Source of the DNA: Rhodothermaceae bacterium | GTDB taxonomy: Bacteria; Bacteroidota; Rhodothermia; Rhodothermales; Bin80 | Direction of reading: 5' to 3' | Assembly (NCBI GenBank): GCA_009841335.1 | Contig: VXLY01000004.1 | Span: 28,837-92,836, forward strand | Length of the DNA: 64,000 bases | Shown: positions 20,331 to 27,502 of the stretch, in pieces | How positions within the stretch are numbered: position 1 is the first letter of the stretch | Layout of the letters: the number at the start of each line of letters is the position of its first letter | Position numbers and translations under genes: made by a program | Notes under the pieces: model-generated | The model's input: the letters and a program-made list of their open reading frames with translations, nothing else | Databases searched by the model: none | What the model was told of the DNA's origin: nothing

Positions 20331-21102
20331 GGTCAATCGTTCTCGGGCGCCGCTTTTGCAAGTTAGCCGTGCGTCGCGAAAAAGACGATCATTCCGTTCT
20401 ATCTAATATCGGCAGCTCCAACTCGTGGCCGCTTCGCAGGGTCGCGTTTTTGCGTAACTTATGCCCGCATCACCACTTTAGTGGTAGCGTATTACTTTTA
20501 CAATTACAGGCAGTCTCTTTATGTTTGGGAGAAGTTCAATACCTCCCTCAACCAACAGGAAGTAATCGTCCCCATCTACATAGTGTAGCACGATCGCTGT
20601 GCCAATCTCAATTGGTACGCTAATTGATTAGCCTGTGCATCAACAATTTCAGGTGGTCGCTGTCCCTGAACTAATTGCATTGACGGACTACATGGGCTGA
20701 CCTTAAACGACAATTGCTTATCGGTCCAATCCCGCCCGAACTCGGCACACATATTTCCGTGTCGTCACCATGTAGGCCAAAAAACATTCCTGACAAGGGC
20801 TCCCGCGTAATACGCCGTGCCCCATCACCCCTTTTGCCCATAGCAATCCCTTGTGTTCTTCCTGTTTATGTGCTGTAATCAACGATCCGATCTACTGGCA
20901 CTGTGGGAAAGTCCTTCATGCGTGGAGCGACTACAGCTGGGAAGATTCACCGTTGCTGGGGTCCTTTAGGTGCCTTATCCCCTCACAGGAGCAGCTCTCA
21001 TGCGCGATGGCTGCGTAGCTGTATAGAAGGCGCGTTTCATTCTAAATATTTTGTTGCAATTTACGTATCATACTATGAAACGCAATAAAAATCTATTGTT
21101 TT

Positions 21103-24100
21103 ATGTGGGAAATGACGAGGAGACTGAGCCCGGCTATGGTTTCTGGCCGGTTACGAGAGTTAAGGGGGACCGGAATGGTCCATTCTCTTTACCTGCGACA
21201 GTGTGAGGCTCTCTGCGCGACTCTGGACGAGGCGGGGCGGTCGGACAACGCATTGCCTTTTCCCAAGGCCCTTGCGACGCTCTATCCAGATGCCGCACCT
21301 GAATCCGTTATGGGCGCGTTCCGGATATGGCGTAGCCGCCTCAACCAGCGGCTGAGCGCCGCCAATGCCACCTTCTGGCTCTCGGTCTCGCAAAATCGTC
21401 GGTTACCTCTGGAGGAGCGCCTTTGCTGGTTTGAGGGAGAAGACCTCACGACCGCCAAGTTCGACACCTTCAATAGCGCGGAGGCGCGGCTGGACGGTCA
21501 ATTCGAGAAGTCACGCGGGCGCCCACGCACTGTTACCTACTTTGTAAGCTATGCCCACGCGGACCGTGACTCAGTCGAGTCGCTGCTGAAACGGTTGGAC
21601 CTTCGGCTGTCACAATGCGGGGCATTTAATTTCATGCCTTGGCGAGACGTTGACGCCATGGTCCCCGGCGAAGTCATTTCCAACGAAATCGAAGCAGGGA
21701 TCACCAGCTGCCAGATCGGTCTCCAAATGGTTTCCCATGGATACATGGCCAGTAAGTTCGTCCGCGAGCACGAGCGGCCGCGATTTGTACCTGGCAAGAC
21801 GCTCGCATCGGATTCCAGCCTACGCTTGGGTTTTCCTATTGCAATCGACCAACCGGACTGGGAGAACATTGACTGGGAGGAGTTTCGCCGTGACGAAGGT
21901 GCGCTGTTTTTCCACGATGGCAAGGCCTACCGGGATCTCCGAGAGGGCGACCACGAGCTCCGGCAACATAATCGTGATGCGTTTGCCAAAGCGTGCGTCC
22001 AGAAGATCGTCCAAGCGACCCAGCGTTATCTTGGCGGCTCTGGCGACGACCCGCTTCCGAGAAAAAGGTTGACTGAGGAAGTCATGTGGGAATCCGTGTC
22101 GACCGGCTCTGCTGGTGAGTACGTTCCGGCACGCGGGCACGAGACCCGGATACAACAGGGCTACGGATCCGCATTCGAAGGCGCGTCGCCGGCGACACAA
22201 GGCATCCTTGTTCTCAACCACCTTTTGCACTGGGCCACTCTGCGCCGTTCAATACCACTATTCGCGCTCCTTGGCGAGTACGGCATGGGCAAGACCGTCA
22301 ATTGCAAGCAACTGACCCTCGAATTGCTAGAACAGCGGAAGCTAGCCGGAGTAGATGCCATTGCCCCGCCGATGCCAGTCTACTTGGACATGCGCTACGC
22401 GCGCGGCTTGTTCCGAAGCGAGGCGCTGGAGCAGGGCACGCGCCGCTTTGAGCATGTCGAGATCGACGATCTGGTCAACGCGATTTTTCGCGAAAGCTGG
22501 AAGGCTCGCGAAAAACCCGACGCTGCCGATCTTCGCCGGCTTATCGCTAGTGGTAATGTCTTGATCATCTTCGACGGTTTCGATGAGATCGCTGTACATC
22601 TCCACCCCGCCGAAGCCCAGAGCCTCATTCGGACCATGTGGTCTTTGTTACCGTCCAACGCGTTCAGCACCGATGTCGAACGGCCGCTTACGGGTACGGA
22701 AGCGGTGCAGATGCTTATAAGTTGCAGGACCCACTACTTCCGCGATGTAACGCAGCAGGTGAACCTCTTCTCTGGCTACCAGCGAGAACTTGAGTATTCC
22801 GTCGACCTCTACGATGCGATCACCCTTCTGCCCTTTAACGAAAAACAAGTTGAACGCTTCCTTGCCGCCAAGCTGCGCGACGAGACCAAGGCCCGTCGCG
22901 CGTTCGACACGATCAGAAGCATTCACAACCTGCCCGAACTGGCGCGACGCCCGGTGCTACTTGACCGCATTTGCGGTCAAATCGAACAGATTGAGGCGCT
23001 CGCGGAGACTGGCGAAAGGATCAATGCTGCGCGGCTGTACGATCTGCTTGCCAACGAATGGCTTGCCCGAGATAACGCCAAGCATACCTTGGACATCGAG
23101 ATTAAGAAAGCCCTTATGGCACGCCTCGCCGGCGCAATGTGGCGCAGTGGGGAGCGTTTCTGGCCAGCGGGCGAGATCGAAACGTGGCTTGACGGAGAAC
23201 TGCGTAGTGATGTGCGCCTCAATGAACGTTATGCCGGGCTCTACCGCGGCAAGGCGCGCGAAATACTCTACGAAGATCTGCGCACCTCTGCCTTCGTGGT
23301 TCGTTCCGACAATGAAGGTTTTCGATTTGCCCATACCTCAATTCAGGAGTATTTCCTCGCAAGATATCTTTTCCAGACCTTACGCGACGGAGTGGCGGAC
23401 GACTGGGAGGGTATTGATCCCTCGCCAGAGTGCCTAGATTTCCTAGCCGAGATTGCTTGCGAAAACGCGCGTGAAGTGGAAAAGCAGCGCTTCTTCGATA
23501 GTCTTGGCACATTGCTCCGCCACTCTTATCGCCCGGGCATCTCCGAGGTGGCGTTTCGGGTCGTACTGGATGCGCAGTGCCGGGGCGAAACGGCAGCACC
23601 TCGGGGGCGCTATCGACTGGAAGGTGCTAAACTCGGGGGGTGGAATGTTGCGGGAGGGGACGGTGCCGACAGGATTGAGTTGTCGGGGTCTAATTTTACC
23701 GGTGCTGTACTGAGAAACCTGCAATTCCTCGACGTCATTGCTCGGGGCTGCGTTTTCGATGGCACCACGCTGGAGTTTGTACTCTTCGAGCGTGTTGACC
23801 TTTCGGGAAGTTCATTCGACAGTTCTCGTACGCTGGCCAGTGTCTTCCGCCAGTGCCGGATGAGTGCAGTACAAATTAGTGGCGCGAATTGGCACAATAC
23901 GACGTTTCTGCATTGTAATGATCTAAGTGAATTTGCGAGGCACGATGATCAATCAGGCATACCGCTGATCATCTCCAAAGACATCCTCGGATCACTCCAG
24001 ACACAATGTGATAGATCAAGGCTCCAAGTCCAAACGAGTAACCATTCCTCGGTTGGAGCCTATGCATTCAGCCCTGACGGGACGCGCGGCGTGTTCCATG

Positions 24101-26328
24101 GATATGCCAACACGTTGAGTCTATGGCATGTGGAAACTGGTGAGAAGATGGCAGTACTCCAAGGCCACACGGGGAGAGTTCGGGTTTGCACTTTTAGTCC
24201 CGACGGGGAGCGCATCTTATCGGGATCCGACGACGGAACTTTACGACTATGGGACGGCAAAACCGGCGGGAAGATTGCAGTCCTGCGGGGGCACTCATGT
24301 CCGGTCTGGGCCTGTGCCTTCAGTCCTGACGGTGAACGTGTCGTTTCGGGATCTGACGACGGGACCCTATGCCTATGGGATGGCAAAACAAACAAGGCGA
24401 TTGCGACTCGGCCGGGGCACTCGCTTTCTATCTGGGCCTGCGCCTTCAGTCCTGACGGGGCTTGTGTCGTTTCGGGATCCGACGACGGAAGTCTGCTCCT
24501 ATGGGACGGCAAAACGGGCGAGATACTCGCACTTCTTCAAGGGCACACACAACGCGTGGGGATCTGCGGATTTAGCGCTGACGGGACCCGAGTCGTCTCA
24601 GGATCTGACGATGGTTCGCTGCGCCTATGGAACGGGGAGACCGGCACGGAGATAGCGGTCCTGCAAAGTCACACGGCGAAGGTTACCACACTCGCCTTCA
24701 GCCCCGAGGGAACACGCTTAATCTCTGGATCCGATGATTGGACATTGCGCTTGTGGGACGGAGTGACCGGCGCAGGAATTGCGATTCTCCGGGGTCACAC
24801 GGAGGCCGTTTCAGCCTGCGCATTCAGCCCTGACGGGAGACGTATCCTTTCGGGATCAAATGACGGTACACTACGTCTCTGGGACGCAGATACTGGCGAG
24901 GCTATTTCAACTCTTCGAGGCCATACCGGCCGAATTGTAGCATGCACCTTCAGCGCTGACGGGACACGAGTGGTTTCATGGTCCAGTCGCAGCTCGTTGC
25001 GCCTGTGGGATGGGCACGACGGTGAGGAAATTGCCGTTTTCCAGAATTACGTGGTCCCTGTCTCAGCTTTGGCCTTCAGCCCCGATGGAACACGCATCGT
25101 TTCGGGTTCCGCTGACGGCACGCTTTACCTTTGGGATGTAGAAACCAGCAAGCAGCTCGAGATCCATAAAGGGCACACTAAGGAAGTTAGATCCTGCGCG
25201 TTCAGCCCCGACGGGACGCGTATAGTTTCTGGGTCAGACGACGGCACGCTGCGACTGTGGCAGGGGGAAAGCGGGGAGGAGATTGCCGTTCTCCGAGCGC
25301 ATTCAAGGGGGGTGTTCTACTGCGCCTTCAACCGGGACGGCACGCGTATCGTCTCTGGAGGCCAATACGACGCAGTGCGCCTGTGGAACACGGATCGCGG
25401 CGAGGAGATATTAGGTGCCCATCGTCACCTAAACGGCGATTATAAATGTGCCTTCACCCCAGAAGGGACGCATGCCATCTTTGGAGGCTTTGGCCCGGCT
25501 CGGCTGTACAACATCGAAACAGGCGAAGATGTTGAGATACCTGAGGGCCACATAGGAGGATCGTTCGTCAATGCGCTCAGCCCCGAAGGCAATCGTGTTG
25601 TCTACGGATGTCATGACTCGCTTTTCCTCTGGAACACCAAAACTGACAAGGTACGCGAGGTTTACGTGAATCACGCAAAGGGAGTATCTATTTGCGCGTT
25701 TAGTCCGGACGGGGCATGCATCGTTTTGGGGGCCTACGATGGTACCCTAGGCTTTCTGGAATTCGAAACCGGCATAATAATCCCAGTGCGCCAAGGTCAC
25801 TCAGAACGCGTTAGAACGCTTTCCTTTAGCCCTGACGGGGCACGTGTTCTCTCGGGATCCGACGATGGTACCCTGCGTCATTGGGATATTGAATCTGGCA
25901 AGGAGATCGCGGTTTTTCGGGGTCACACAGGATGTATCTTGACCTGCGCCTTCAGCCCTGACGGAGAACGCATCGTGTCCGCGTCCAACGATGGCACATT
26001 ACGTTTATGGGATGCGGCAACAGCCAAGGCAGTAACGGTGTTCCATCATCTGTCGGAAGGCGGCTATCTCGTTTTTTCCGAACATCACAACCAGGTGCTC
26101 GGTGCCTCTGGGAATGCATGGCGCTATTTTCGTTGGTTCGCACCGGATCGGAATCTATTTCCGATGTTACCGCTGGAGGCGGACCCTCGGATCGGCAAGA
26201 TCCCTAACAACGGCTACTGCCTCAGTGCGGTTAAACCCTCGATGCCTAACCTCCAGTCACAAACGTGGCAGTCTCGTGGATCGAAAGCCTCGCCCGTCGA
26301 CGGACAACAATGGGAACGGAAATCGTAG
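21103..26328 (+). CDS. STAND-class NTPase with the order N-terminal unknown region, TIR, NACHT, pentapeptide repeats, 16 WD40 repeats (bacterial NLR-like, putative anti-phage sensor/effector)
   Basis: A 1741-aa ORF with an ATG start. The TIR-like block begins at aa 143 (TVTYFVSYAHADRD...). The Walker A motif is GEYGMGKT (aa 391-398) and the NACHT-type Walker B is VLIIFDGFDEI (aa 486-496). Seventeen 5-residue repeats span aa 859-943 and sixteen roughly 42-aa WD40 units span aa 986-1656. Confidence 0.9.
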   Translation: MWEMTRRLSPAMVSGRLRELRGTGMVHSLYLRQCEALCATLDEAGRSDNALPFPKALATLYPDAAPESVMGAFRIWRSRLNQRLSAANATFWLSVSQNRRLPLEERLCWFEGEDLTTAKFDTFNSAEARLDGQFEKSRGRPRTVTYFVSYAHADRDSVESLLKRLDLRLSQCGAFNFMPWRDVDAMVPGEVISNEIEAGITSCQIGLQMVSHGYMASKFVREHERPRFVPGKTLASDSSLRLGFPIAIDQPDWENIDWEEFRRDEGALFFHDGKAYRDLREGDHELRQHNRDAFAKACVQKIVQATQRYLGGSGDDPLPRKRLTEEVMWESVSTGSAGEYVPARGHETRIQQGYGSAFEGASPATQGILVLNHLLHWATLRRSIPLFALLGEYGMGKTVNCKQLTLELLEQRKLAGVDAIAPPMPVYLDMRYARGLFRSEALEQGTRRFEHVEIDDLVNAIFRESWKAREKPDAADLRRLIASGNVLIIFDGFDEIAVHLHPAEAQSLIRTMWSLLPSNAFSTDVERPLTGTEAVQMLISCRTHYFRDVTQQVNLFSGYQRELEYSVDLYDAITLLPFNEKQVERFLAAKLRDETKARRAFDTIRSIHNLPELARRPVLLDRICGQIEQIEALAETGERINAARLYDLLANEWLARDNAKHTLDIEIKKALMARLAGAMWRSGERFWPAGEIETWLDGELRSDVRLNERYAGLYRGKAREILYEDLRTSAFVVRSDNEGFRFAHTSIQEYFLARYLFQTLRDGVADDWEGIDPSPECLDFLAEIACENAREVEKQRFFDSLGTLLRHSYRPGISEVAFRVVLDAQCRGETAAPRGRYRLEGAKLGGWNVAGGDGADRIELSGSNFTGAVLRNLQFLDVIARGCVFDGTTLEFVLFERVDLSGSSFDSSRTLASVFRQCRMSAVQISGANWHNTTFLHCNDLSEFARHDDQSGIPLIISKDILGSLQTQCDRSRLQVQTSNHSSVGAYAFSPDGTRGVFHGYANTLSLWHVETGEKMAVLQGHTGRVRVCTFSPDGERILSGSDDGTLRLWDGKTGGKIAVLRGHSCPVWACAFSPDGERVVSGSDDGTLCLWDGKTNKAIATRPGHSLSIWACAFSPDGACVVSGSDDGSLLLWDGKTGEILALLQGHTQRVGICGFSADGTRVVSGSDDGSLRLWNGETGTEIAVLQSHTAKVTTLAFSPEGTRLISGSDDWTLRLWDGVTGAGIAILRGHTEAVSACAFSPDGRRILSGSNDGTLRLWDADTGEAISTLRGHTGRIVACTFSADGTRVVSWSSRSSLRLWDGHDGEEIAVFQNYVVPVSALAFSPDGTRIVSGSADGTLYLWDVETSKQLEIHKGHTKEVRSCAFSPDGTRIVSGSDDGTLRLWQGESGEEIAVLRAHSRGVFYCAFNRDGTRIVSGGQYDAVRLWNTDRGEEILGAHRHLNGDYKCAFTPEGTHAIFGGFGPARLYNIETGEDVEIPEGHIGGSFVNALSPEGNRVVYGCHDSLFLWNTKTDKVREVYVNHAKGVSICAFSPDGACIVLGAYDGTLGFLEFETGIIIPVRQGHSERVRTLSFSPDGARVLSGSDDGTLRHWDIESGKEIAVFRGHTGCILTCAFSPDGERIVSASNDGTLRLWDAATAKAVTVFHHLSEGGYLVFSEHHNQVLGASGNAWRYFRWFAPDRNLFPMLPLEADPRIGKIPNNGYCLSAVKPSMPNLQSQTWQSRGSKASPVDGQQWERKS
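21529..21900 (+). other. TIR-like domain-coding segment of the STAND gene
   Basis: The sequence is TVTYFVSYAHADRDSVESLLKRLDLRL...WRDVDAMVPGEVISNEIEAGITSCQIGLQMVSHGYMASKFVREHERPRF. It matches the bacterial TIR pattern: FxSYxxxD, then D..i.pG..i...I...I, then a SxxY..S.a...E region. The C-terminal boundary is approximate. Confidence 0.7.
22273..22590 (+). other. NACHT P-loop core (Walker A 22273-22296; Walker B 22558-22590)
   Basis: GEYGMGKT is followed about 90 aa later by a hydrophobic strand and DGFDE. The hhhhDGhDE form is the NACHT-clade signature. Confidence 0.8.
23677..23931 (+). repeat. Pentapeptide-repeat (quadrilateral beta-helix) module, 17 pentads
   Basis: ELSGS NFTGA VLRNL QFLDV IARGC VFDGT TLEFV LFERV DLSGS SFDSS RTLAS VFRQC RMSAV QISGA NWHNT TFLHC NDLSE. 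The second position is L, F, I, M or W in 14 of the 17 pentads (the exceptions are A, T and D), giving a strict 5-residue period. Confidence 0.7.
24058..26070 (+). repeat. Array of 16 WD40 repeats (126-nt period), enough for two beta-propellers
   Basis: The unit consensus is CAFSPDGxRxVSGSDDGTLRLWDxxTGxxIAxLxGHxxxVxx. FSPDG codons start at 24193, 24319 and 24445, an exact 126-nt spacing. Units 11-14 are degenerate. Confidence 0.9.
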
Positions 26329-27502
26329 AGTCCGGGCTGGTCTTGGGAAGGTATTGGCAGAAAACCCTACTGTCGATAGGAGGCTTTTGGACGAACAGCG
26401 GAGGCTATTGTAACGCGCTGCTGGTCACTGATGCCACGACATGATTCATCTTGAGTGATCAGTGGTTAGTACCGGCGTTGTTCTGGAGGTGATCAGGGAG
26501 TAGTTAAGGTCATCACTGACTTTCCCGTCCATGAGCACCCCTAAGACCCGTAGCCATCATTTCTCGTCGCCTTGACTGAATGGCTCACCGATCTGCACAC
26601 CTGTCAACAATAGCGTATGTCGATTCTTCAGTCGAAACTTCACGTTCCAATACCTCTGGTCAGCGATCGACGGATGGCACCAGACGTCCTGCACTATCGG
26701 TGGGAGGTTGAAGTGGTCCTCGCGAAAACTTCCGAGAACCGAGAGAGATACTCGATCCCACATACCACACCGCGAGTGAACGAGAAAGCTTACTTTGAAG
26801 CAGATGACTCATTTGAATCTTTTGATTATGGCCCATGGCTGCAATTTGTAGTGATTTCTATCTAGCCGGTCAATGAATCATACTGGAGGCCAGATACTAC
26901 CAAGGCCAATATGATGCGATCAAACCTAGCTCAGAAACTGGTGGATCATCTATACTCAACAAGGAGGTCAAGCCATTATGTCTAGAGTGCTCTTCAGTTG
27001 ATCCATCGTATTGCGGGAAAACTTATGAATTGTATAGGATACTTGAAATCGTTGACATCTGCCTCATTATGTGAAGTAAACCAAAAAGAAGGGCATGGCG
27101 AAGCCAAGGTGCTCAACTGAAAGGGGGATCTCGCTGTAGAGTTCCCGAAGGGGATACCGGGTGATAAGGCGTCTGGCAAGTGGAACAAGTTGGTGTATTG
27201 ACCGAACGATTAACTGTTTTGCCAACCGTATTGAAGCGCGAACCTGAGCCCTTACAGACACAAAGAAATGCGGTATTGCTGCCGTGGCTGCAGGAAGTAC
27301 TTCATAGAATGCTCCAAAAACGGCCTCCAAAAAGAGATTGCTGGCACCGTTCCGCTAAAAGGTATCGTCCAGAGTCTGGATTCGGTGAGGCTGCCAGACG
27401 TATCCAGCCAGAGAATCAAGCCAAGTCGACCGCAGACAGCGCTACCAGAACCTCGAGCGCGTGCTCATTGTAATCATCGCGGCAGGGGAACGGTTTTTTC
27501 GT

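Noticed and set aside
24060-24655. Long ORFs with internally repetitive peptides on the minus strand (24060-24512, 150 aa) and in a second plus frame (24128-24655, 175 aa).
   Set aside because: They lie entirely inside the WD40-coding repeats of the 1741-aa gene. Their periodicity is the 126-nt DNA repeat read in the wrong frame or strand, so they are shadow ORFs and not separate genes.
24058-26070. Regular 126-nt periodicity that could be mistaken for a CRISPR-like or satellite array.
   Set aside because: The period is an exact multiple of 3 and there are no unique spacers between conserved repeats. The whole stretch is one open frame encoding canonical WD40 units. No CRISPR-type array exists elsewhere in the window.
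26411-26520. Imperfect inverted repeat (ggtcactgatg ... catcactgac) and duplicated gtgatcag motifs just downstream of the STAND gene.
   Set aside because: The arms are short and mismatched at the centre. This is within chance expectation for a 64-kb window, and there is no supporting structure.
26557-27330. Small minus-strand ORFs (26557-26763, 26994-27188, 27067-27330) as possible transposase/integrase or Uma2-like nuclease fragments.
   Set aside because: I could not match any DDE, tyrosine/serine recombinase or PD-(D/E)xK motif. The frames differ and one starts at TTG. They are kept only as a gap-region finding, not as genes or a mobile element.
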